From contig DF237061.1 in assembly GCA_000708835.1 (NCBI GenBank), forward strand, positions 124,001-188,000: DNA of 64,000 bases, read 5' to 3'. The notes beneath the pieces were generated by a model. The model ran no database searches. It was not told the origin of the DNA and saw only the letters and a list, made by a program, of their open reading frames with translations. The position numbers and the translations under genes are program-made. This DNA comes from Klebsormidium nitens (Eukaryota; Plantae; Klebsormidiophyceae). Positions within the stretch are counted from its first letter, which is position 1. Every line of letters begins with the position of its first letter. This document shows, in pieces, positions 1 through 11,200 of the stretch.

Positions 1-105
1 AGCATGTCTTCTTTACAGGTTCGCGACAGGCACTGCGGAGCGAAAGTTGTGTTCAGTAATTTAAAAAGTTTTTGGACGGAGTTCTGATAATTTCTTGATT
101 CCCAG

Positions 106-991
106 GTTCGCGACATGCACCATGCAACCGAGTACATTCTGGAGCGGCCCAAGCCCCTCTCGCTGTACGTTTTCACGGACAAGAAGGACGTGGCGGAGCA
201 CTTCATCCACAACACGTCGTCCGGCTCCATTTGCGTCAACGACACAGTCGTCCAAGTAAGGACCGGTGTCTTGCTTGCTGACGTGGCAGCAGAACTGGAC
301 CCTATCCCCTGACGAAGGGGTTGTTTGCTTTCCGTTTGCTTGCCCCTCCCTGAATATTGAAAATGCTCAACGACAGGAGTTTATAAACCGATTTCGTGGT
401 TGTCCGCCTGTGTTGCTTTCTTCGTACTGGTTCTCCTTATTGCAGCACAGGACGAGTCGCTGACCACATCACCTCGCACAATTCTGGACTGTTGTCTTTG
501 TCGTTTTCAATGTCAAAATTGTTGCGATGACGTATGTATATCTTCTCTTATTCCTTCTCTTGTCCGAGAAGATTATAGTCTCCCGTAGACATCTCAGTCT
601 GGTCGTCCGCCCAAGTGCTTGGTGCTGAGGCGCAGTGATCGAGGTGGCTTCTTTCGAGCACACGACATTTGCCACCCAGTTTCGGTCGTCTTGCGCGTGT
701 CATCTGACTTCCTCACCTAGCATGGGCAACTTCTCCGTTTTGCAGGTTAGCGTGGCCGGACTTCCGTTCGGCGGAGTCGGAGACAGCGGAATGGGTGCAT
801 ATCACGGTAAATACACCTTTGAAACCTTCAGCCACAAGAAGGCGGTCTGCCGGAAGGTTCTCGCCTTCGATGCTGACATCCGGTACCCTCCATACACCCC
901 CAAGAAGCAAAGCATTACTCGGACTCTGATGAGGGGTGATTACTGGGGTGTGCTCCTAGCCGTCCTTGGACTCAGAAAGGTTTGCGATTGA
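106..991 (+). CDS. ALDH3: Aldehyde dehydrogenase family 3, last two exons (5' part lies outside the window)
   Basis: Exons 106-255 (VRDMHHATEYILERPKPLSLYVFT...SGSICVNDTVVQ) and 746-991 (VSVAGLPFGGVGDSGMGAYHGKYTFETFSHKKAV...IRYPPY), joined by a phase-0 GT-AG intron. PKPLxLYVF, PFGGVGxSGxGxYHG and RYPPY are ALDH3-type C-terminal motifs. Confidence 0.93.
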
Positions 992-2539
992 GAACGCTTG
1001 AAAGGACGACCAGGTTACAGTAGTTTGGTTGAGATTGTGTACTTCGACTTAAAGCATACTTGTAAGGGGGTTGTTCAGCAAACGAGGGCGTCTGATACAT
1101 ACGAAGAAGAACACGTCAAGCTTGTGAGAAGAGAGCATGGAAGCGGTCCGTGCTCCATGTACAGTTTCCATTGGGTTAAGTAAATTGCTAGCGGCAGGAA
1201 AATGACGCCGTTTCATACATGAACGGGCAGTGACGAGATTGACAGTGCTTTGAGTAGAAAAGAAATGCACATATAGTACAGCTTAGGTTCGAACACGTTG
1301 ACAGTGAGATGACGAAGGTTGTCTTGGGGTACTGTCAGTCAAGATATGCGCCATTATCTTCCACCGCTTGTTGTGGTCCCAGCACGTGCGTACCAGCTTC
1401 AGGCAGGCAGGCTCAAGATACGGGTGCCCATGCACTAAGCCGGCCAATTTGCGCCCTACACGAACTTCAACGCACCACTCATCATCCACTTATAGCAGTA
1501 TCAGGGTCTTCTTTTATTATCCCCGATTTCTACGTGCTTCAGCGACTCCTTGGATGCAGTCCCTGTGGTTGCGGTCGGGCGGCCCGAGCACCCAGTTTCA
1601 CTTTATGACTTTGCTTGTTTAAGCAGCCTGACGCTCGGTGTACACACGGACACGTTTTGCCCAATCGACTCCCACATTAAGCATTTTGCACCGCGTAGCG
1701 GTCCCGAGTACTTGTAAGTGTAAATCTGCTTCAACCGAGACGGTCCAGGGCACTATAGGCATTGAAGATTGGTAAGTATTATACCTTGAGCAGACTGTTA
1801 ACTTAGCGTGACTGAAGCGTTACTTTTTGTATCAGGATCGGTCCGTGGCATTCGGGGCGTTTGAACCAAGATTAAACTCGAGCAAAAAGCTCCGCATGTC
1901 GGGCCGATTTGCTGCCGAGGGCGATTTTGGCCGCACCCGGAACTCGGGCAGAGGGCCCGCACGGCAAAATTTAACTGCTACGGCGCCCGAGACATATTTC
2001 CGCGCTATAGCCCGGTAAACCGCCCGCCACCAATTTGCACTGTTAGCGGTCTCGTGACTCTGTAGTAAGACAACACCTAAGTTGCAGGCCTACATATGGA
2101 AACTTTGGTCTAGCTTATAGCTGCTGTCACAAATCCGCGGCCTGCAACTGAATGCTCGAGCCTTCCATGAGAGGGAGGATCGAGGAGCTACAGGGTGAGG
2201 CGGGGGGCTCTACTAAGTGCAACAGCACACGTGCTCGGATTCGGGCCGGCAATCCATGCTGTACACGTCGACTAGGATGCATGAGAGACAACAAGCTGTG
2301 CGCAGTGGCTTTCCCATCCAAGCCCTTGCCACAGCCAGTCAACGGATCGTTGTGGATAACCGTTTTAGCATTACCGACATAAGTATTGATAGTCTGCTGG
2401 ACCATGCTGACCATGTCGAGATGCTCTTGGGAGTGGCCTGGAATGTAGCTTTTCTCAATTGTTGAATAAATTGGATGTATATACCGTGCAAGAAGCATGC
2501 ATGCAATGAGCCTAGCCAAATGCAGGTTTCAAGCACAAG

Positions 2540-5500
2540 CTATATTACAAAGGTTGCATCGTCGGAATCGGGTCTAGCAGCTTTTGCATGCAACTGGTGT
2601 TGCCTAGCCTCTCTGTCGACTACCTCAACAGCAAGTCGGGCTAACCGTTCGACCTTCGTCTCTTGAGAATCAGCAGAAGGGGCTGCACGGCCTTTTCCCA
2701 GAAAGGGCTTTCTCTTTGACAAACTTTTTACCTGTGAGAAGGCCCTCACAAGATCAAACCTCTTCTTTCTACGCCTGAAGGCAGCCCTGAGAGCGGCAAG
2801 ATTCTCAGCCAGCCTTGGATGCCGCGAAAGCACTACAAGGGCAGACTTTTCAAACGCCACCCACAGGGATGAAATCAAGATAATATGGAGTAGAACGAGG
2901 TAGAGTCCGCTGAAATCGTCTAGGGACAACGCCCCAGCTTCATCCTCCTGCAGCCAATAAAGAAGCTGCACCTTTATGGAAGTGCCAACATTTGTGGACC
3001 TTCATCAGAGACTTGGGACAAACTATTGAGATCGACTGTGCCTTGCTTTGCTCACAAGTGGAGGCACGATGGTCACATTGATTGGGTTGTTATGCAAACG
3101 TGTCGGCTGCTACAATGAAGGACGTCAATAAAGGTTGGAGCTTGAACTCAGAAGCGATGAACAACGTGCAAGGGCATGACATGAGACTCGCACATGTCCT
3201 GGACTACATGACTTGAAGACGCACCTGCCCCAATATGGATGCGCATTGACTGCTATTGTAGATCCACTTGTTGTTCAACGTGTCTAAATAGCCGTTCGCT
3301 TTGAGACGTTCCATCGCTGTATTTATTGGTTTCGTGTACGAAGAATTTTTCTGCACCAAATCACGAATCTTTGTAAGATAAATCTTGCAAACGTTGGCAG
3401 AAGAAGCATACTAGACTAGCAAGGGTATCCTGTGATTTAGACACGCTACTTTCTTGTTTCTAGATTAGCCAAAAACAACGGGTGGAATTTGAAGTGGTCA
3501 AGTCCAATCACCACCTAAAGATACGTGAAGACATAAGGCCTGAGTTCGTCTGACTTACTTGCAAGCCCATGACAAGCACGGCAGGCCCGAACGGGGTACC
3601 AACAACTTCCAAATCACAAGGCTTTAATCCTGCGAAGTAGATAAGTGATGGCAACTCTGTGATGTATGCGATAACGCGTCCTGAGCGAACGGCCTCCACA
3701 CCGCCTATCGTTGCGTTTGCCGTCTGTAGACGAAGACAGGGAAAAAATGAAAAGAAAGGCAGCATCTGATTGATAGGTTGGAAGGCTGTTGTCAGACGCG
3801 GCAGACACTTGTAGAGCAGGTCACGAGTGAGTTGAGCAGTTGAGCAGGCCGGCTCGTTGGAAAGGTAACACAAGCAACAGACTGCCAATTGGGCGTCATG
3901 TAAGACACGGTCATCATAAGCGAAATCATTGGTGCTAGCTGTTTCATGAAAAGACTTTCAGCCTGAAGGACTCCGTACATGTCTAACCGAGTCAAGCTGA
4001 GGTCACTCGAAGAGGGCCTTAGTACCTCAACTTCTTTATGGGAGCCTTAGCAACATTTAAGAGGTTCGAGGGGCCAGAGAAATGAACGAACCATAGTGTT
4101 TACCTTTAGTTGAGGCTGAAGAGTGAGGATCTGTGCGTCAGTGCTTTGTGTCATGTATGTGTAGTAGCCTCCCCCGGAATTCACTGCGAAACTCTCATTA
4201 CTCCTGAGGATATCTTGCAAACTAGTAACGGTTGGGATGAGCTGATTGGCTGTCAGCACAGAGGTGAAGTTTGCCTGCAAGCAAAGGACACGGAGGCAGT
4301 ATTGAACATGTCATCAATCTCCACCAGTTGTGTTCCATCGTCTTAGAGAATTAGCAGGCCACAGCAATAAATCAGAAGTGCAAAACGGTGGTGAGGGGGA
4401 GGATTCCCGTTTTAAAAGATAAGCTGTAGAAATAGATGATGACAAGCTCACGAGAGCCTTTACGACCTCACCGTGTATGCAGAGATCAAGATGATCATGA
4501 AGAAGTAGAACCCAGCACTTGAGATGCGGATGGACCAAGATCGGCTTCGGGGCATGGGGGCGTTCTGATTGAGGGTCTGCAAGAAGCAAGCAAGCGGAAT
4601 CTCGTGAGGCCAAATGAATACATATGAACTCTCGGCCTATTGGCTTGTACAGTAGTGTACACTGCCTACGGAGTTGCCAAGAGACAAGGAATCCTATAAA
4701 AAGGAGGTGTTTGGAAGACTTGGAGCCTCCGAAGATGCTGTTCTGGTGCAAGTTTCAGCCTCCTAAGGCCCTATTTGGTGTCCCCACAGTCTTCCAGAAG
4801 AACATGCTTTCTATGCTTTTACACCATCAGCTACTCAACTGACTGGAGCCCTCAAAACTTATCTTTGCATTTCCAGACTCATTGCCACTCAATGCTTCTA
4901 ATCTGCGCGGAGAACTCAAAATGCGCCTCTGCTCACTCACCATAAGAACGTCCACTAGGTATGACTTGGAGGCTGCATACAAAAGCAGGAGTATCAAGGA
5001 TCTGCCAACCTTTGTCAGGTTGCGTAACAAAGTGCTAGAGGTGTTCAGTTTCTGAATTGCAACAGGCGACATCAAGAGTTAGGCCCTTGTCCGAGCGGCG
5101 TTGGTAGGCCATCACTCAAGGTCTGCATGCAACCAAGTCTGCAAGCTAGATCTAGTTGAAGCTGTACGACCACGGCAACTCAGTTGGTACAGTTGCTCAA
5201 GGTGAAGATACTCACTATCCTGTAGCACATAGCGCTGTTCCTCCGCTTGCGTCCTCATGTTCCGGATCCGCACAACTTTGTAGTTCCCAAGAGGGGACAT
5301 CCAGCTCAAGATATTTAACACCAAAGCAAAGCCAATCACTGTGCAACCCGCAAGAACCCACAAGGAAGGTGCGAAGGGCTTGGTAAAGACTGAGGCAGCG
5401 TCTGATGCAATCTGCACAAGTAAAATTATCAATTCCTCAGCTGGGAGTGCTGAAAGGAGGGGGAAGGGGCAGCAAGGGGCAGGCCCCCTACAGCGGCAAA

Positions 5501-6534
5501 GCAAAGGATAAGGAGAATCGCCCCAAGCAAGCTAGGTCAGATTGGATGGCTTGACAGACGCAGGCAGCTTACTCAGCAAGTCAAATGCAGCGCGTCCCAT
5601 CAACCAACAATATGCTGGTTACCTTCTTTCCAACACCTCATGATGAGTGCTAAGACTTGCAGTGCGCTTGTTACTGCAGAGCTTTCAAGGAGAGTCCGTA
5701 CCGGCCTCTTGATCAGGATGGCAAGCCCTCGCCCATCGAAGGGGAAAGTAAAGTCCATGAAAGGAAGCCTTTCCCAACTCTGACTGAAAGGGAAAGCAGC
5801 GATGTCTGCACGACCATAAATCATCTCCCCCGCTACACCTGGCAGGAGATACACAGGGAAAGATTGGTCAGAAAGTGGCAGTGCAAGAGCAGCGCAGTTC
5901 CTGAGGGTGCAAAAGAGGCAGCTCCATGTGGAAGCGCAGGCCTATTCAAAACCCTCTCTGTGATGATGGAGAGGAAGACTACTTCGGCGTGCACAGATCA
6001 ACACCCAAGAGCTCCATCCCTGAGTGCAGACTGAAGGATGACCACTAGAGGGTGGTTATGGATGCAACCTAAAGTAATAGGGTCCGCTTATAGCAACACA
6101 GCCATTGAGCGGGGTAGAGCATAACGCTGCCCCCCAAACAAGCTGACAGGTTAGATGATCCGCTCATCCCAAATGGTTCCAGCATCTGTTTAAAGGACCG
6201 TGTGATCAGTCAGGTCACACACCCAGCGGCCTTTCTCAATTCCCGTCTGGTTGCAGGGTCAGCCTCCAGCAGCAACAGCATGTGCATTCTGCCATGCTGC
6301 AACCGCACGCTGACACTCACCTGTCCAAGTCCCATTCTGGAGGACGCCTCCGGTGTTGCTTGGCGACTTGTGGAACTTCAATGTTGCATTAAGCCCAGCC
6401 AAAGCGAGCACAACAGGCAGGAGATCTACCAGCAGACCAGACCAGCCATAGGGAGAGGAGGAGTTGGAGTAGATGAATGGGGGCCGGTCCGCAGCTACAA
6501 CCCGCAAAATCGTCGCATTATAGGGCGCTGCCAT
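2540..6534 (-). CDS. GLR: Ionotropic glutamate receptor-like channel A (no ATD; S1-M1-pore-M3-S2-M4-tail), 517 aa, 9 coding exons
   Basis: Exons 6534-6321, 5838-5702, 5411-5216, 4972-4941, 4576-4472, 4274-4104, 3723-3559, 3350-3225 and 2947-2540 total 1554 nt in frame, all GT-AG. Motifs: [32 protein letters not shown] (M1), AYTANFTSVLT (M3 gate), AYITE and PCDL (S2), LSLDDFSGLY (M4). Confidence 0.9.
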
Positions 6535-7189
6535 ATTGGGCTTTGCAGAAGTCGTTTGCTGTAGACTTTCAGGCCTAGCTGCGTGTTTTTCAGTGAGTGG
6601 AAGCTGCAGGAGTACAGGCAAAGAAGGTTTTCACGCAAGCAGCCCCACAGCTATGTCCAGTGGAGTTGCGAGCTCTCTTTGCAGGTGGAATGGCTAACAT
6701 TATTTCAGCTTGTAGATCAGGCGGTTGTGCTGTTCATTGATTGCATTGCGGCTGGAAAGGGTAATAGCGTCGTGAGGGTCAATAGGCGGCGGAATAAGCA
6801 CAGCTAGCTGCACAAAAGGGTCATGAGGTTCGCCCGTTTTGGGCTCCTACAGTCTGGGGCGTGCCTGAGTCTCTTCCAAGTAATATAGTACTAGTAGGCG
6901 AGGAGGAAAGGAGGCCCTGACTCCTATATTAGCCTGATCAGCCAGCTAGGAGCTAGGCTGTGATTCTGATCTGCTGCTGCTGGCCCAGCCTGCCCAGGCG
7001 GCCCAGCCTGAGGGGCTTCTGAACTTCAAGTTCAATGAAGGCTGCAGGGGACAGCGCCCCAAGGGCTGAATCCTGATGTCAACAATGAAGTGGGATGCGG
7101 TGGCAAGAACGTTGGAACTGGAAGCGACATTCTGACGTCATTGGGATCCCCGCGCCGGATCCTTATACCGTATATCCGTAGTCAGTGGC

Positions 7190-7385
7190 ACGATTTTTTC
7201 ACGCCAAAAATAATTATATTTGAAATGTTGCCAAATTATTGGAGCTGAAAGTTGCCTGGCTTTGTTATTCTCTTTAATAACAGGAGGTTTGACCAGGGCC
7301 CAGGGGTTTAATAAGAGAGTTGTATGAAATCAGAAGAGAGAAATAATAATTGTTGAAAACGAGGTGGTGTGAAAACGCCGCGCCA
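7190..7385. promoter_or_regulatory. AT-rich core of the probable bidirectional promoter between the divergent GLR genes
   Basis: Markedly AT-rich stretch within otherwise GC-balanced DNA, lying between ATG 6534 (-) and ATG 8289 (+). A TGACGTCA palindrome is nearby at 7133-7140. Function is inferred from position only. Confidence 0.4.
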
Positions 7386-7637
7386 CTACATTGTCACGTT
7401 CCGTCGAAAGCGGCTCGCCAGCTGCTTGTGTAAGCCTGAGCCGAACGGCCAGCAGCCCGGGCCCCGGCCGGTTTTCGCGCCCACTCAGCGTACCTGCCGG
7501 TCTCTCACGGTCGGGCAGCCTGCTGACGAGTCACGAAAGTGACGTCTCAAATGTTGATTCGTTGTACCGTACTTGAAGAAATTAATTCAGGCAATGATGA
7601 ATGAAGCAGGGGTTCACCGTTCTGGGAGACTGGGCCC

Positions 7638-7841
7638 CAAGACTTGCCACCCAACTTTCACCGGTGCCGGCTGTCTACCGGCTGGCCACACAGGCTACCG
7701 GCGCCCGGCCGCACCGGGCGCCGGTTTTGCCTAGGCGCCCAGCATTTTTTGCCGGCTGTCCAGCCGGTGGGGTCCCTTCGGCACCGGTGCATCTGTCATT
7801 TCTGCCGGCCAGGTCCAGCACACCGGTTCGTGGCGACTTTG
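7638..7841. mobile_element. Degenerate copy of the CCGG-rich MITE family also found at 36747-37018
   Basis: Shares ordered blocks with the 36.7-kb element: gccac(c)caacttt, gccggc..tctaccggc, ccttcggcaccggt, gccggc.aggtcca and acaccggttcgtggc. The termini are eroded and no TSD was found. Confidence 0.65.
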
Positions 7842-8288
7842 AAGTCGATCCTGTAAGTCGTAGGCTGTGACCGTGTATGGCGTCACACTGACGTGTCTGG
7901 TTCTTTACGATATCCTTGGCAGGACGCAGAACAGCCAGCCTGCTGCCACCTCCGCAAGAACTCAAAAGCACGCAAGCGACGCTGAGCGACACAGTGGGGC
8001 GACGCCAGCTTCAACGGAGGTCCGGCCTCTCCAGAGTCCAGACTCCAAAGAGATTTTGCAGCAACGTCTCTGCTGCGCTACAGTCACAGCGTATGTATCC
8101 TACAGGTACAGCCAGCTTATGTCAGAAGGCTGCACGGCAGGAGGGGACGGCATGCAGAGGAATGAACTAAGGAAGCAGATCAGACACCAGAGTCGATCAA
8201 GATAGTTGGAGATTGACGCAAAGTGAATCAATATTGAATAGGGTCCAGCTGGTGATCGTCTGCTGTGTCAAACACTCGCTAGTGTGGT

Positions 8289-11200
8289 ATGGCGACAAAT
8301 GTCAGACTCGTGACAGCCCATCGGCCCCCCTTCGTGTTCAAAAGTAGTAACCCAGCTGGCGTCAAGTGGTTTGGAATGCTTGTGGAGCTGGTTCCATTGC
8401 TCTTCCAGTATGCCAACCTGACCGTGACTCCCCGTTATTACGAGTCGCCGCTGCCTATTGCTGGGGACCTTCTACCAAACGGCACTTGGAATGGTGAGAG
8501 GGGCTTTCTTTGGAGAAAGTGGGTTCAGACAAGGATTGTGATGGACCCGAGTGTTATTTGAAACCAGTCTTCTGACTTCAACTTGTTTTCCTCTTGTTGA
8601 ACAGAACACTCTATAGACTAGACTAGCCATTGTTGGTCTCTTCTCTCCACTTGCTTTTGGGCCTTGCGTCTAGGACCTACAAAGGATCAGGTTCACGAGG
8701 TCCAGCCAGGATCGTGGCAGAAGGGACACTGATCCCAAATGAATTGAGGTTAGGAAGAAAGCAGTCAGTAGCTGACAAAAGCTGCAATCAGAAGCTTGGA
8801 ATACTAGCGACCGCTCCACGGAAGACCTGAAGTTACAGCTCAGGACACCCTCCATATAAGCGAGCAGACTGAGCTGGGGCAGATGTAGTACTGTGCTTGA
8901 ATGGTGGAGTAGGATCCTAGATAAAGATGAGTAGATGAGGAGGAGACTTTAGGGCAAGCAGGTAGCATCATTCGCTGATTTGAAGAAATGCGTCTTCAGC
9001 TTGCTGCCAAGTGGGACCCGTACCGGACGCTTTCTTTTCTTTTGCAAGTGTGGGAAGGAGCACAACTGATTGTCATGATTTCCTTCAAGCTGCTGAGACT
9101 GAACATCTGATTGGGTTTGCTCTAAGCGGCTCGCGCTAGACTACACAAGATCTTCGCGTGCTTCTTTGAAGGCTTACATTCGTCTCACACTCAAAATTTG
9201 GCTGCAGGAGTAACTGGGGAGCTGCTTGCTGGGCGGGCGGACATTGCAGTGTTTCCAATAGCCAGGGGCGTTGGTCCCTCCTCAGTCATTGACCTCACTT
9301 ATACTTACGATGAACTCGGACTACAAATGCTCGTCAAGCAAGAGGTGAGCAACATATTTGATGTAAGCAGTTTCCATGCGGTATTCCTTTGGCCCAAGCA
9401 TCATCCAATAAGTAACATTCCCGCTGTAGCTCATATAGCATCACATCTACCACAACGAGACAAAAAGAAGGACGTTGATGGTTGAGGCAGGCAGTCATAA
9501 ATTATCTGTACAAACTAACAGTATCTTTTCCTGATGAATCGATGTTTTGTGCCTGTAAGCCTTTTCCATTTTGACATGCCTTAGTACCGGCGGGCACGCA
9601 TCTGCTTACAGATTGCATGAATCTTGAGTCTTCATCATATCAGAAGGGTTTTCTGGCCCTCTCATCGCTTCTTCGCTTCTCTCCTCCGATGCAGCTCACA
9701 AGTGCTGCCAGCTCGAGCCTCTTCCTGGCCCCTTTTACGACCAGCCTTTGGTTGGTCCTTGTGGCCACCGTCGTTGGAATGCCTGTTCTCATCCAGATTT
9801 TTGCAAAGCTGTCTCCACTAGGAGCCTTTGAGCTCATCAAGCTACGGAACCTGACTGCTAAAAGCCGTACGCAAGAATTCAAAGTGGTGTGCGGTAAGAC
9901 GGTACTTTTACAAGCCTCCGACATCTATCATTCAGCAAAAGGCAGAACCCAAGTGATGATCTTCTCTGCCTTGATTTGCTTGTGTACTGTTGGCGATTCA
10001 GTTCCCACAGAAAACAATCTGATTGTCGGAAGATGGTCAAGCTTTTTCTTGACTTGGAAGCTGCTGTGTGTTGTAGAATCCCCTTCAAGGCAGAGCGAAA
10101 AGATTGCATTTTGTGCCCTTGGAGGACGCCATCTCATGTTGTATCATTACTGACCCGTATCTGTTATTGCTGAGTTCAGAGAATGACTCCTATTTTATGG
10201 ATATCCTCCAGGTAAGTCTCAGTCGCTCAGCCTTTCCAAAAAGACTGTGACGGACAAAGCGATTCTGGCAGATCACCCTGCTCCGCATAGAAGTGAACGT
10301 GCAGGACGTAGCAGAAAAAAGCCAGGAAGCGTCCTGTCGAAAGAGGATCCAGCAAGTCAAGGAACGACATTGGCAGTTGGTTCATCGGGTGAGGCACTTG
10401 TGAGGTATGTGGATCGATGAGGAGCAATGGAAATGTGTGTCTGGCTTTGAGTCGAAGCAGAGTCACAAACGTCCGAGTCCTGATCTTGCAGGCTGCCACG
10501 TCTTCCAATGTCGAAGGCCCCACGGCCAAAAGCTGGGCAGTCAGACTGCCCATTCTGTACTTCTACTTTTTCATGGTCGTCGTGGGTGCAGCTTACACCG
10601 TAAGTTGGTTATGAAGGAAATGTTGGAATAGCAACATCCTTCTTTGCGATCGACAAGCATTTCAGTGCCCTTACGATGTCCCCAACTAGAAGTCTCACAG
10701 CCGTATAGCGATTGTAGGATGTTACGTGCAGAAGATCAGAGCTTCGTTTGCTGGCTGAAAACTTGTTGCTAACAGGCGGGCCCGTGCCCAACATATGCTT
10801 CGCATGCTTTGATCCATTGTCCTGCCTCCGAACGCTTGCATAGGACACACCTTAACTCGGAACGTCGTTCTTGCAGGCGAGCTTCGCGTCGTTTCTCACG
10901 GTCAACAACTTCTCATCAAAAGTCAACAGCCTGGAACAGCTGGCCAGAGATCCCACTCTCAAGTATGTCATCGAGGACAATGGTGCCACCCTCGCTTACT
11001 TCCAAGACAGCATCGACCCCATCATCCAACAGCTTCGACCACGCCTTCAGGTATGCTATTGCGATGGTTTGCTCCACCACCCTTCATATGAGTTGAAGGT
11101 TGGATAACTCAGCCTCAAGGCTGTCCTTCTAATTAACCTTTTGGATATCCTTCTCTCAGAGGCTGCTTTGGTATAGATTGGTATGCTCGTAGAGCATTAT

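Noticed and set aside
4472-4972. GluR0-like potassium channel assignment for the GLRs
   Set aside because: Neither paralogue has a TVGYG filter, and both have an M4 helix.
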